From Takakia lepidozioides (lineage: Eukaryota > Plantae > Bryophyta), in contig CM060734.1 of the NCBI GenBank assembly GCA_030704615.1, positions 32,550,001 to 32,614,000 on the forward strand: 64,000 nucleotides of DNA, given 5' to 3'. Below are positions 27,490 through 41,197 of the stretch, in pieces. Made by a program: the position numbers and the translations under genes. How positions within the stretch are numbered: position 1 is the stretch's first letter; each line of letters begins with the position of its first letter. The notes beneath the pieces were generated by a model that saw only the letters and a list, made by a program, of their open reading frames with translations, was not told the origin of the DNA and searched no databases.

Positions 27490-27963
27490 TCACCCACATC
27501 TCCATAGTCTGCAAATCTCTCTCCCTTCCCTCCCCTCCCCCTCCCTCTAAACCCCTGGAACCTACTCTCAGGCCGGCCCAATCACTGCACAGGTGAGGTG
27601 GCGCCTTAATATGTAGTGCTTGGCGCTATCCCATCTAATATTCATCCAATCGAAGGATGCACAGTAGACCAGAAAATCAGTGCACGCAAGAATGCCACAA
27701 ACGAACAAACAAGATTGCAGTGGAAACGGTCGTGTGAAGCTTGCTCGATGTGGAGAGTAGAGGGTTGTGAGAGGGTTAGAGGATACCTGAATAAATTCCA
27801 AGGTGGAGTCTAGATGGCGGAGGAGGATAAAGAAAGAAGAGAGCACACATGCTTCGGTTGTTTTGATTTGAGCTTTTGGTGTGTGTGAGAGAGAGGGGCA
27901 GAGAGGGTACTTTGTGATTATCACCCATGTGATGCACAGGCCTGGGCACGCACAGGGATTGCT
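27490..27963. promoter_or_regulatory. Probable bidirectional promoter between the DusA-like and SMPD4-like genes
   Basis: The divergent ATGs are only ~475 bp apart; the gap contains a GGCCCA (site II-like) motif overlapping CCAAT at ~27575 plus CT- and GA-rich patches. Confidence 0.55.
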
Positions 27964-30900
27964 ATGGTAGGTAGGCGATCACTACCCTCGGACGCAGACG
28001 ATGATGCCCAGCGGCTCAGGACCTATGTGCTGCAGTGCACGAGCCGGGACATTGTGGCAGCGTGTCAGGCTGTAGAAGCCCAGTTACAGAATGTGGGGGG
28101 CGAGAATGTCCGCGATTTCTATCGACTTTGCTTTCCAATCCTCCTTCGCAAGATTTTTGGATTCGAGGATTCCCACGTTTCCTCCCAACCCTCGTCCTCG
28201 GCAGGGGGTTGGCTGGCTCAGGCCTCCGTCCCAGGCAACGATGCCGCCGCCCGGGCATTAATTTCTCTGTTATCTCCTCGGGGGTTGCTGTTCTCGTCCC
28301 TCCTTGCAGCCGATAAGGAACATTTTGTGCGCTATGTGTTTCCAACTGAGAGATTGCCAGAATGGGTTCGTCGTCTTCTTTCCCTGGACAAGGGCGCGAA
28401 CATGCTGTGCCAGGTGTCGGTCCTCTTTAAGAATCGCATTATAGAGGATGCGACAGGCTGTATGCAGGTCAGTCTGATTTTTCGCACTATCTTTACTGTA
28501 TTTTCCTTCAATCATTTTGTTGTGGGCTACTAGTCCTTCAATACACAATCTCTGGCACTGATCGTCAGCTTTCCTTCATAATGATCACCAAGGTGTCTTG
28601 GAGGTGTTTCTTATCATCAGTTTTCATACTTCATACTGTTTTTGCCAGAGTCAATCTATGAGAGGTGTAACACAGTGGGAATGCAAGCAATGGGTGTTGG
28701 CCTTGAACACTGAATTGTAGCCAGGGCACACCGATGGGGTTACATCATTGAAAACCCACAGCAAGCCGGTGCGGTCCCTAATCAGAGAAAGTTCAGCAGT
28801 TTATATTCCTCGTTACTGGATTAACATCTAGTGCTTACTATCAAATATTGACTACTCGCTTCCTCCCAGTTAGTGCATGACCCCACATTTTTGACATAGT
28901 TGCAAAGTGCCTACACAATTCGTCGCCCATCAATCTGCAGAAGGCCTAAAAGGGTTCTGTTTCTGATCTGATAAACCGGAATCCGTAAACAGTAACAATA
29001 AATTCCAGAGGTGGTTTTGATGTTGGCCATGGCAAATGTCCACTACAAGTTTTATAACCAAATACCCGGGGCTGCAGTATTGGTGAATTCTTTGTAGCAT
29101 TGTTCTCTTTGAAAAACTGGTCTGAATTGTGAGACTGGAAGTGGACAGTCGACAATACTACAGCTAGCTTTTTAGCCTGTATTTGTCCTTAAAACCCTGC
29201 TTGCTTTTCACAGCAGCAGGGCCAGGGCCGTAACCAAGATGAATTTACACCATATCTTATATACAGTTTTTGGCATTGGAAGCCCTGGCTGCTCTTCTCA
29301 TTGGAGGAGCAAGTAGGACCTGAAGGAGCAGTCACCTCAGTGCTGAAGTTTGGCTTCAAGCAAATTACTATTTAAAACACTCTTTACGTTGAAGTGCTGC
29401 TCAGTATGGCAACACAGGGCTGAGTGCTGCTGTGTGCCCTGCAGACTCCCCATGCATGACATGTCTCTGGTAAACGCAGGGCTATAAAACTAAAATCAAT
29501 TACCTGCAACCAGGGTGTCGCGTTTGCATCTGGAGAAGTGCCTCTGTGAGTGCCTTAATGGCAGTTGTAGAAAAACATGTTTATATCACAGCTAAGTTGA
29601 AGGGATAAGCTAAACCCCGGTGGTGCGGACCCCACAAAAGGCTCTGGGAGGGTTAGTTTCCCACGCGGTCAATGGCCGTTAGGCTATGGCAAGCCAACGT
29701 TTGTAGGGAACGGTATGAGTACACTCTCTCTGTCTCTTGTTCCGCCCAAACTGGGAGCGGAGTATGGCCACAAGGCTACGGCGAACATGGGTACGAACCC
29801 CTCACAACCCTCTTGTTCCACCCAAACTGGGCACGGGGTCTATTGCCACAAGGCTACACATGTATCAATCGAGAGCTATGTAGTTGTTTAGGAATTCTTC
29901 AAGGCGGGCATATCTTGTTTGAAGTGAAAGGGATGATATGGGAAATCTCACACAAAACTGTCTGGTCTAGGTGCATTTGGATGTGTTTGAGTACTACATG
30001 TTTTGGTTTGCGTACTACGCAGTCTGCAAGGATCCAAATTCTTCTCAAGGAGCAGGGGGAGGTCGGCGTAGCCGCAGCACTGCGTCTCGATCAGCCCAGC
30101 TTCGAACACAGTTTGAACACTGGGCATCCTCCATTCCTCGTTTACACCACTCTCCTCAGACAAGTGGATCTAGTGGGAGTCCATTCCTGCAACTCTTGAA
30201 GCTTTACCTCTCCCACTTCGTGGTGTTGGGAAGTTCCAGCAAAGGGAATTCAGGTATTTTTTCCTAGTTTGGAAGTATTTACTGGAGTTTGCATCATATG
30301 AGTGCTTGCTGCAGTCCCTGGATAACTGACAGAAGCCGTATTGTTATACTGTGGTATATGTCTGAAGTAGTTCGATTTGTTGTTGGAGCTTCTTCACAGA
30401 TGCTCAAATATTGGCTGCTTGCTGTCAATGTTGGGTGGGAGTGAGGTGTGAACAACCAGGCATTTGAAAAATAGTGGTAACTAAAATGAAAGAGTCTGAA
30501 CTATGTGGTTGTATTACAGGCTCATCTGGCGGGTGGAGTTTGTGCCTGCCCGATAATGGTGGTGTCTCTCACGGAGATATTCTTCTCTACACCTTAATTG
30601 AATTCTGGCTTGTCGACGATGATCCCTCTCCCTTGCCTTTGGCTATTGGACAAAGCCTTGGACTGCAGCCAGCAGGAGGTTCTACAGCTGTCCTTTCCTA
30701 TATCCCCCCAGGGAGCGACTTAACTGATTCATTGAAAGTTCTATTTAAGTTTCTGAATACAAATCTACGGTTATCAATTAGGGAGCATCTCGTGACCCAG
30801 AGGTCATCACTGGCAACTGATCCTGGCCTCACCTATCGCAGAAAGCCATCTGAAACTGGCTCTGGAATTTTCGCCTCTCCAATAACGACAGTTCCTGGAG

Positions 30901-33900
30901 GCTCTTCGTTCCCCTCCCCCTTGAGTGCTTATTCACAGGGGTCACAGAGGCCCCTATATCGGTTCTTGCTTCGAGCTTTCCGACTGTGGCCGATGGGAAC
31001 ATCAGTCAGGAAGATTTCGCAGGTGGTAGATGTGTGGTTGGAGTACTTGGAGCCGTGGAATGCATCATGGGATGGGGGTAATGTGAGACAGCAGATGCAA
31101 TTGCATTGGACAAAAGATGTGGACAGTAGGCGTATTGGGGAGTCTCCACAAGGCACCTTGTCTTTGTCACCAATTGTGCCTCAAAAGCAGGGGGAAGTGA
31201 ATGGTGGAGGTGGTGGTCTAGGGCCAAGAGTTTCAGATCGTGGGGCTGCAACAGAGGTATATGGGGAGCAGTGGCAGGTAAGGTTGCATGAATCATTGTG
31301 ATTAGATGCCTTACCCCATATCATGTCTGATTCCAGGTTAGTTTCAAGGCTGCTAGTATATTTAAGGTCAGGCATTAAGATATTAGCCTGTTGGTAGGGA
31401 GGCTACTGGTTTCATGCCCCACAAATACTTTCCATGCTCCGTTTTATTTTCACCCTTCTCTTTTGCATTGGGAATGTGATGTCAGGGATATGTGCTGGCT
31501 AATTTCCTTTTCTACACTTCGCTGGTTACACACTTCCTGGAGTTTGCGCTCAAGTTCATACATATTGATCCAGAGGCTATCTTTCAAATGACGTTCAAGG
31601 TGTGTTACATTTCCTGATACCTTCTTTTTAGTTTATTGTGTGCTGATTCACTTCTACAGAATCCAGGATTCGTTCTTTCATTCAGGTTTCTACTTTTGGT
31701 ATGGTCTGACACCATACTTGTTCTAGTGATTCCTAAAGAGCTATCTATTGCAAATTGGGAGCACTTGCTCTTGAATGTTGTGCTACCTGAATTTCATACC
31801 AGCCCAGTTTGTTTGCATGTCATAAATTAGAGTGTTGTGTACCCTTATCAATTTTGTGCAGGAGTGGCTACTATGTTATTATTTTGTCCCGCTTTACGAA
31901 TATACTAGTTCGAGTATCAAATGCTGGTAAATACTTTTGAAGTTCCTTCTTTGAAGTGGACACAGCCAGCAGCAGGTTGCTAACCAACTTCCTAACTACA
32001 TTGCACTCACAAATACTCAATGCTTAGGTGTTGTGTAAAAGCATGACAGATACAAGCCCACATGTACTCATGGTATAATACATTTCATGCAGCTCACAGT
32101 TTGTCATGGCTACTTCTGGCAATGGGGAGGGTTTGCTTGGATGATCTTGGTCCCAAGATGTGGTAATACTTGAGGTGTGCACCACAACAATTGATCCCAA
32201 GAGTGCCTGCAGGCGGGCCTTGGGGAAATGGTGTTGCTTTGGTGGAAGTGTATTTACCAAAAACCAAAAAAATAGTTTCTAAAAACTATTTGGTTGATGC
32301 AGATACTGAACGTGATTGCTAGATCTAAGGAACTACTTGATCTGCTGCAAAAGGTGGACGTCGCATATGCTGGTCACTTGTATGGCCGGCCACACCAGCG
32401 CAACAATGCCTTGGTTGAGTTGGCGCCCACCATCCAGGAGCAACTCCAGGTGTTAATACAGTCTAATAATCGTCCCCTGAAGTCTTTAACTGAATTGGAG
32501 TCGTATTTGGCAAGAGCTATGTGGGAGCTACCTAGTTTTACCGACAGACCTTGTTATATGATGACATTCTTTGTGTAGGGGTCAGCTCATCTGCGGGCCA
32601 TTTTACACCTGAACCACACAACTTCACCCACAAATACTTTGCACGTGAAGTTGTGTGGAAACATGTGCATGCATGTGTTGCTCATGTGTCAAGCAACACA
32701 CAAACATCAAAAGATTAAATGATGACATCGGCTGCTATTTGCAGTTCCTTGATGTGACAAGAAGTTGAGGCAGCTGGCCATTTGCAGAAGAGAGTTGTGA
32801 GGACACTCACAAATTTATAACTCCTAATTTGGGTGCTCTCCATACCCACATCAGTTGTAAACAGGGTAAAACGTGATCTTTGTGCGCTGACTGGCACCAC
32901 ACCATGTAAAGCTGGTGTGCAGACAAACACAAATGCAAACAAGTGGCAACTGCACATAATGGCGACAGAGGCCATTTGCATTTGTGAGTTTCAGGTGTAA
33001 AGTGGCCCTAATAGGTGTTTTGTCAACCTGTTTTAAACTCTTGAAATTGTTTTGAATGGAAAGCGAAATATGATCATGTAAGAAGTGTTCACATTCTTGT
33101 AACACGCATAACTGTTGGTGTGTAGGATTGGGAGGAAGGAACGGGACTGAATTGTGAGCAGGACCCCGTGGAGGGGCTGCTACACTCTTCATCCCTGCGA
33201 GGGAAAGTACCTCACTTGCGACTCTTCAGCATGAGTGACAATGGTGGTAATCGACTGCTCCAGGTGAGCTCTGGGGCTGATACATTTTTTCGTTCTCCTG
33301 TAAGAAGCTCATCAAAGCTAAGAATGACACCATCCTTTTGGCAGGCACTAATTATGCGAGCAGAAGCTGAAATACAAGCCTCATCAAGTGAGAAGCCACT
33401 CCTCAGTTCACATGGCCTGGAAGCTGTGAAAGATGTCGCTCATAAGATCTTTAACTTTCATGTTCTGGAATACCCATCTGGAATTTCACAGGCTGGACTT
33501 TCTCCATTGTCGCTTCAACAACTTGACAACCAAACAGGTGGCCCTGCACCCCGTCCTCTGGGGCTGGGGCTGCAACGCCATTCATGGGCAGATGTAAAGT
33601 ACAGAGGGGACTGGATGAGGCGACCAATAGAAAGCACAGAAGTTGCTTGGCTCGCCCGCCTGCTAGTCCGGCTATCTGACTCAATGAATGCTGCATTAGG
33701 TATCACCCCTCTTCGCGTTGTCACAAACATTGATGGGTCATCTTCAGGACCAGAAGCAGTCCATACAGAAGCAGATAATGCAGAACCCATTGAAGTTGAG
33801 GTTCCTAGTAGTCAGAGTGCAGAGATCCACCTGTCTGATGTTGTAGACCTTTTGAAACATATGCTGTTGCATATTTTGTCTGTAGTGCAGCAGGAGGCTC

Positions 33901-34034
33901 GGAACCGGGGCTGGCGGGTTAACCTCCGTTTCATGGCAGAAAAGCAGTTTCTTTTGCTCTTGGCCTTGGTTTTACTGCTGTACTGGGCAATATGCTCCAT
34001 TGCAAGTTGTATTACCTCTTTAACCCGGAAATAG
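27964..34034 (+). CDS. Sphingomyelin phosphodiesterase 4 (SMPD4/nSMase3-like) plant homolog; 7 exons; C-terminal membrane anchor
   Basis: Exons 27964-28467, 29971-30253, 30520-31277, 31486-31599, 32303-32449, 33126-33263 and 33345-34034 splice in frame. Motifs FPILLRKIFGF, VRYVFPTERLPEW, LDVFEYYMFWFAYY, LIEFWLVDDD, LYRFLLRAF, VWLEYLEPW, DVKYRGDWMRRPIESTEVAWLARLLV and RGWRVNLRFMAEK followed by a hydrophobic tail. Confidence 0.88.
29660..29860 (+). mobile_element. Head-to-tail array of three short 3'-end fragments of the TC-tailed retroelement, in SMPD4 intron 1
   Basis: Three successive variants of ...ccaaactggg...atggccacaaggctac...; the first ends tatgagtacactctctctgtctc and the next starts directly in that tail. 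Confidence 0.75.
32595..33008. mobile_element. PIF/Harbinger-like MITE (~414 bp) in an SMPD4 intron
   Basis: TIR GGGCCATTTTACACCTGAA at left and TTCAGGTGTAAAGTGGCCC at right; right flank is TAA but the left flank does not match, so the TSD is unconfirmed. Confidence 0.7.
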
Positions 34035-35514
34035 GAATGGAACGTAGTCTTTGTGGGTGAAATTCCCCTTTCTCGTGTTATGTAACATGGTTCTTAAATT
34101 CCAGCCATTGAAGGGTTTCTTGGCATCATGCAGCAAACAGTCTGTGGAGGAAGGTGGATGGAAATATTGCTTATTCCAGTTTAGCAAGGTCTGCCACTGG
34201 TGTTGTAGTCTGACCTTTCACTGTTGCCATCACACAATGTGTCCGAAATTGCCAGAATGCCTCTATTCACCAACAGTGCAAAAGGAAAAGTCCTGGATTT
34301 AAGGTACCTCCATAGGGCAGGGGTCGAAAATCCTGAAAATTCAAGGGACAGGATTTTACCTGTCTTAACACCAATAAGTACTGACCATCAGCTGGGGGAA
34401 ATTTTAAAGGTCGAATACACAACATGGAAACACAAGTAACTCTATGATGCATCTACTTAAAGTATTATGAAGCAAGTCTATTTAGAGATTGCTAGGGACT
34501 ATAAGTAGATGGTCTTGGATGAACCAGCGACACTAGAGAACCCCTAAATGCCCAAGCCTTTCTCTTTGCAAAACTGCAAAAAATATTTGAAGTTCCAGCA
34601 CATGATAGGCCGATATCTAGTATATATGGAGCACTCATTAAAAACTGATCTTTCTTTTTTCTTAAAGAGATGGTATAGAAAGTTAGCTAACTTGGCTCTT
34701 ACCTTCTTCAAATATTCTAGAGAAATCCGCCCTAAATTGGAAAGTTATATGAATTTAGTGGAGGACAGGAAAAAAAAACTAAAAATGTTTTTAGAAAAAA
34801 ACTAACAGTTGTTTATGGGCAGAAATTCTGTCTTACCTATTGAAATTACATCAAAAGTTTTGTGTCTGACATTGCCATTACTGTTTATGTGTATTTTACG
34901 ATTGTGAATGGGACATGCGGACGTTTGTTGAGAACCTAGCTTGGGAAATTAGTCGGAATGGGTAAGTATGGGTAATGTAGATGAGAGTAACAAGTGACTC
35001 TAATCGGAGGTTAGATGCTCTTTTTGGGCAAGGAGGTGATCAGTTATTTCGATGCCCAATATACCTATGTGAAAGCGGATTTTGAGAAAATGGGTGTCTC
35101 GGCTGTTTTTTCATGAATAGCTTTAATGAGGAATTTGTCTGGGACGTGGTTGTCATACGTCACGGATGGGTGAGTGAGATGGGCATGAAGTATGAAGCAG
35201 TGTTGGTCTGGTATTTTGAATTGGAAATGCCAGAAGGGTCCTGCAGTGCCCTCTTTTTCTTAAGGCAGGTAGGTTTTCCAATAATGATGGCCCTGAATAT
35301 CAAGTATCTGGTATGCATTTGTGGTTTTAAGAAAAAATTCAATCTGGATATGAACAATGGTATCGCCAATAACCTGGAAATATGAACTCGGATATGGTAC
35401 TAGTATTCAAATTCAAAATCAGATGTAAGCAAGCCGCCGAAGCTGCCAAAAGAGGCGCTCATAAACCCTTGAAACCCTGCATCCATAATGTCTATAGGTG
35501 CATATCAACATGGT

Positions 35515-35728
35515 ACCCTACCAGATTTGCAGCGACAAATCGAGCTCTGGTTGGGGACGGGGAAATGAGAGCCCTAACCGCCGCCTGTTAGGTTTTGGGG
35601 GGGCGCCAGGGAACTCGAGAACCTTTTGGTAAGGTACTGCGAAAGTTTCCGGGAACAGAGAACAGTAGGTTAGGTTATGAGATACCCGGGCTGATGCCCG
35701 GCAAAACCCACCTACCAGACCAACACTA
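35515..35728. mobile_element. Possible partial hAT-like MITE (one terminus)
   Basis: GC-rich island ending CCTACCAGACCAACACTA, whose reverse complement TAGTGTTGG resembles the hAT TIR at 15884; no partner TIR or TSD found. Confidence 0.3.
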
Positions 35729-37074
35729 GACCTATGAAGCTATAAGAGGAATGTTGGCTGTCTGCAATAAATATGTAGTGGGGGGATTGGAAGTTTTGGA
35801 GTTGATAGACTTCTGTAAAAGACAACACAAACTGAGAAGCGGTCTAGGAGCCAGTGGGCTGGGCACAAGGCCGTTCCAGCATGGTAGATACCATATCCAG
35901 CTCTCATACCTTATAGAGATCCATCTGCGTAGTGGGAGTGAGTCAAGGGTACTTTAGTGGCCGGGTCTTGGTTGGAAAGTTGGAGAATGGTAATATTGTT
36001 ATGCATGGGCACTGGTAGAAGGTGGAGAATGGAAGGGTGCCGCAGTGCCCTTACTCATGCATTGTTTGGGTTGAGGCATAGAAAAGGGTTGGGACGTTGG
36101 GACTAAGGGTGGGTGTGAATTCATGCATGTTCCACAATCTTGGCATCCATTTCATCATAAAGGCAATAATCATTTGGGGTCAAGTGACACCATAAGTTAC
36201 ATTTGCTTCAGCAACAATCCACATTATTTAAGGATCGATGTGTGTATAGGTCATTTGAAAAAATTCAAATATGCAATGATATTGTCTTTAAGAATTACAT
36301 TTCATATTTCTTGATATATTAAATGATTATTATTTAAGGAAGATAATAGGAATAATGTAAGAACTTATGCACATGTGCAACCTCTGACAAGTTGGTACGG
36401 CGGTTTCCGGCATGTCAAATCTTCCCCACCCTCTCTTGAGAGTGACATGGAACTGAAGGAGTGTAAACTCCAGTCGGGTTACATTGGGTTACACGACGAG
36501 GTGTGTAACTCTACTCGGTGTTACATAGAATGGAGTGTAACTCCACTCGGTCTCGAAATTTGACTGTCCAAATTTGGCTAAGTATAAAATGGACTAACCA
36601 AAGTTACACGAGAAATGGGGATTACATGAGAGACCAGGTTAAGAGGGTTACACTTATTGGAATACTAATACCCGGGTTACACTACAGGAGCCTCCCATCA
36701 AGAATCGAACCCTAAAACTTGCCGCCTGTTATGCTATCACCTTACGCTACCCACCACAACATGAAACCCACTTGGATTCTTAAGTATTTAATAGCAAAAC
36801 CGAGGTAAGAGGGGGTGGGGAGGACTTGACACGGGCCACGCTGGAGGAGCTCATGCTGCTGGAATCCGGCGAAAGTACGGTCAGATCGCACCGGTCCACT
36901 AAATATTTCCTATGGTCTTCCATTATTTAATGGTAAATAGAATCAAGCTACCAATGCAAGATAACTGGAGCTGACAACTTTCCAAATGTATAATCTAAGT
37001 GTTTTGTAGTTTATTGGCTCCCCTTATTCTAAAAAGGAGACAGGAGACCACGCATCAGTGTCAAAAATCGCTAA

Positions 37075-37487
37075 GCCCCTCTTGTCCCCTTCCTAGGTAT
37101 CACCTCCTCTCCTTTGCTGAAAACTACCTCCATGATGTGCCTTCTCTAGGTAAGGCCCCCACCGCACCGGGCTGTTAGCGTAGAACACCTGCTAACGGTT
37201 AGCAGGCCCGTTTTCATAACAGCTGCTCCAACTAACAATATCACTGCCGCACAACCATTTTAGCTTAACATGTTTTTAAGTGCCCCTCTTGTCCCTTCCT
37301 AGGTATCACCTCCTCTCCTTTGCTGAAAACTACCTCCATGATGTGCCTTCTCTAGGTAAGGCCCCCACCGCACCGGGCTGTTAGCGTAGAACACCTGCTA
37401 ACGGTTAGCAGGCCCGTTTTCATAACAGCTGCTCCAACTAACAATATCACTGCCGCACAACCATTTTAGCTTAACATGTTTTAAGTG
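37075..37487 (+). repeat. Near-perfect direct tandem duplication, unit ~207 bp
   Basis: gcccctcttgtccc...ttaacatgttttaagt occurs at 37075-37281 and 37282-37487, differing only in homopolymer length. Confidence 0.95.
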
Positions 37488-37874
37488 CATATTGTTAGTT
37501 TTAAACATGCGTTCGCCTGCCCTTGCCCGACTTCCTCTATAGCCAAGGGAGCAACGACGAGACAAGACGAGACAAGATCAGGAGCTAGGAGCACAATGCT
37601 GCACATTACTCGAGGCTTTCAATGGCGAATGGGAAATGGCGATGGCAGAGAATGGCACGGGCATCTGCCCAAAAACGGCGCGCCTGTTTAGATTTAGCAC
37701 TAAGGTGGGGGGGGGTAGTGCTAGATTCGCTCTAAAGTGGGAAGGAAGTTTTTAGGATAGATAACTATAGCTATGGCTAAAACATTTTAAACATGTTAGT
37801 GCTGCCGCAATTTTCTATGTAGCAGTATTTAGTAGGAGTGTAGCAAGCGATAGCAGGCTGGTGCGGCGGGGGCC
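37360..37874. mobile_element. PIF/Harbinger (Tourist-like) MITE, 515 bp
   Basis: Left TIR GGCCCCCACCGCACCGGGCTGTTAGCG versus reverse complement of the right end GGCCCCCGCCGCACCAGCCTGCTATCG; TAA TSD at 37357-37359 and 37875-37877. Confidence 0.88.
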
Positions 37875-39899
37875 TAAGACCTCCCTCATGTAACATCTCT
37901 GTTATTGAGCAACTTATGAAAAATAAATGGATGAAATTTTTTCAGGTTTATTATGGATGAAAATATATTTCGCTATTCACAAAGAGGAGCCATACGGGAC
38001 TAGCCGTCTGTTTGTACAACTTGAAATGTTTTGATGACTAGATATGCAAGACCATAATTAAAAATCAGTATAGGTATGACGTCTTATAAGTATTTAGATA
38101 TATGAAATTTCACAACAATGTTTAATATTACAAGTATCTTTTATTATTAAATATAGGTATCATTTAAAATTACTTATATATATCATAAAACCATAAGAGT
38201 CCATTATATATAAATTTCTATAGGTTGTATGTAGATCTAATAAATGAAATGAATACTTATTTTTTAAAATATTTATGTAGATTTTAAATATCATAAATAT
38301 AATATACAAATGATAGCATGTCATTGATAATTAATGTATCAATTGTTGTAAAACAATCTATGGGGTTTAATCAAATAGTCTCAAATTGGTTAGTCGAACT
38401 CTTTTAGTGCCAAAATCACTATTTTGAAAAATAAGAAAAATATTATATTTATATTTTTAAGTATAAAATCCAAATCCACTACCATGCATCTTGACCATCC
38501 TCACCATAGACTTCTTCAAGATTCTGATATACGGTAACCTAAAGAATCTGAATGAGAGTAATGTTCTTACAATCTACTCGCATGCTCCGCCTAATCTAAG
38601 AGCTTGCAGAATTCGTTCACCTCCGTGAGAATGTAACTGCGGACCTTTGTACTTTTCAAGCTGCCCAAACTCAACAAATTACCGCGTCAGAAGTTGTAGC
38701 AAATTTCACACACTTGAAGGATATTTCCTCTCGCAAATCAACAAAACATTCTGAGTGCAGGGGCATCCCTCAGCTTCGGAACAGAACATTACGATTAACA
38801 CGTAGGATCCATCAAATAAGCAACAGCCAAAGATATCACTGCAAATCAATAAAGAAGAAAAATACTCATTAGTTCAATAGAAGAAACACCAATGAGCTTT
38901 AAATTTTACGGATCTAGTAATTCCCATAAAAAGATTCTTGTGACGATTCAATTTAGACATCATGCAAATTTAGCACATAAGAGGAGGATAACTTGATACA
39001 ATAAAAAAAATGGAGAGATGCAGGATTCCCAAACGTACTTAAAAGTTGCAATCATCTCCATGTTATGGGGATCAAGCTTCACACCACAATAAAAGAAATT
39101 TGTGGCCTCGTCAAATCACTGCACCAGAACATATCATGTCCATAAAGGTTGCATCATACTGATATCAATAATATGATATAATATCAAAACCAAACTTATG
39201 AATCTTACAATGATACCTGGACAAGACATTCAGGTTGTTGGTGTGGGTGGGATCATTGTTCGAGCAGCATTATGCCAAGACATCAAAATAACCGCTGAAT
39301 TGGTGGACAAGGTGTCCAAAGAGGTGACGATTACAAGGGAAAATCATCTCTCCCCTTATGTTGTCGTCAATGCGGAGGGGATAGATGAGACGGTGGAGAA
39401 ACATCAAGATCAAGGCAAAGATGTGGATGATTATCACAATTAACAATCAATTAATATCAGAACTATTACCACAATTTAACAATAAAACTTACCTCCATAA
39501 TACTTATTCTCATGAATTGTCTCTCTCCCCTCCAACCCGTCTTTTTTATTGTGCTTTCGGATGTTCTTTTCTTTTCTTTTCTTGTGGCTGGTAGTCGAGC
39601 GGGAGAGAAGCTTGCGAGACTGTCAGCCGTAGCTTGCACGTAAACCCCTGGTGAGTCGACTCTCTCGCGAGCTCTTGAATTTGGGCAAATCTTGATTTGG
39701 CCCCAAGATTGTATTCAATTTTTGTGCAGACTAGTTGAGGATACCGGCGAGGTGCTTGGACTTGTGACTGGGATTATTCTGGGTTTCAGTGTGATTGTGT
39801 CTGGTGTTCTTATACTTTGATTCAGTGGCCGCCACAAGGAGATAATTAGTATTGGTGGGCAGTAATGGCTGAGCAGGCATGGAAGACGACATTTCACTT

Positions 39900-40935
39900 T
39901 AATGCAGTGAATTGCCAAAATTGGGTACAAATGCCAAAAAGGTCTTGACAACACCACCAAGGTTCATATTATCAATGACATAGAACTGTTGGTCCTCATT
40001 CTTAATAACCTCCTCCTTTGTGGTGCCAATATCATGAAACAGATCGTTCTCTTCCTCACCCAACTATATCAAACGCCACACTTGACGACTGAATCCAACC
40101 CACTAAGGAAACCCAAGTACAGCACTTTGACACATCCCTAGACATTCCTCCAATCTGCTTTGTATTGGTAAGCACATCCTTTGCACCGTCCACCTGCTTT
40201 TGGACATGATCTTTGATTTTCCGGCGAAGGGTTGAGATCTCATCAGAGAGAAACCTGCGACTCATATGAAGCTTCCACTTGATATTAGGCCGGGTGGCAT
40301 AAAGGGCCTTCACCTGAACAAGCAAATTAATAGATCAACTTTGATGAAAACTCTAAATTGGATAATATAAATGACTTCAACATAAGAATAAAAGAAGATA
40401 TTGAACTCCATGGCAATTCAAAGCAAAATACAAAGTTGCTCACATGTTCAAGGAGCGGCATCTCAATATCCCGTCTATGAGTACTTTTTTTAAAATAGTT
40501 CCACACTTCTCTCAATGTGACCATTTTCTCAATCCTCATGCCATGCTCTTTGATGAACTTCACTTCTTGCTTCAACACATAAGTCTTTTCATCATAAGCT
40601 TTGTTCCGCCTTTTTGATGCTTTCAACCTATCATCTAGGTCCTCAATCATCAAAACCAAATCCTCATAGGAAGGACCAATCTTCAAGTATTTCATTTCCT
40701 CCTGGCCTTCCATGAGTACCTTAGCATCATGAGCATTCGGACTGACAGCTTGAACAAGAAATGCTGGATCGACACCTTGGCTGAAATCCATACAAGGGCT
40801 AAGGTTCCCCATTGGACACCAAATTTCTCATAATTGTCCGCTCGTGAGTGTCGATTCATGCAGTGGGTCTCTCTCAGACGGATCCTCTTATCGTAGAGCT
40901 CGCGAAACTCAGCTTCTTCGCATGGCCAGTGCAAT
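39900..40935 (-). pseudogene. Broken coding remnant of unknown family (coiled-coil-like), possibly TE-associated
   Basis: Adjacent minus-strand ORF pieces (40692-40934, 40327-40812, 40056-40325, continuing to ~39900) with protein-like charged composition (YEDLVLMIEDLDDRLKASKRRNKAYDEK) in an AT-rich region; no recognisable motif. Confidence 0.35.
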
Positions 40936-41197
40936 GCAATGTTAGTATAAGAAAATAAATTTTATATTAGGTCCAGAGGGCCCCTGGAACTGGAAAAACA
41001 ATACAAGTTTAGGAGCGACATGAATGGTGGTTTTCAAATCTTATTGACACGTCTCATTGGGTTATGGTTAAGAAGATGTTCATTTCCAGCATGGTCCAAC
41101 ACGTGGACATTAAAAGATTTCTTTAGATTTTTGGTTTCAAGACCTCTTGCTCGCGTCTCACCCAACTTCTTTGAATGCATCGAGGTTATACTTGCAG

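Noticed and set aside
36450-36695. MITE-like island with repeated GTTACA/TGTAAC words
   Set aside because: Could not define convincing TIRs or a TSD.
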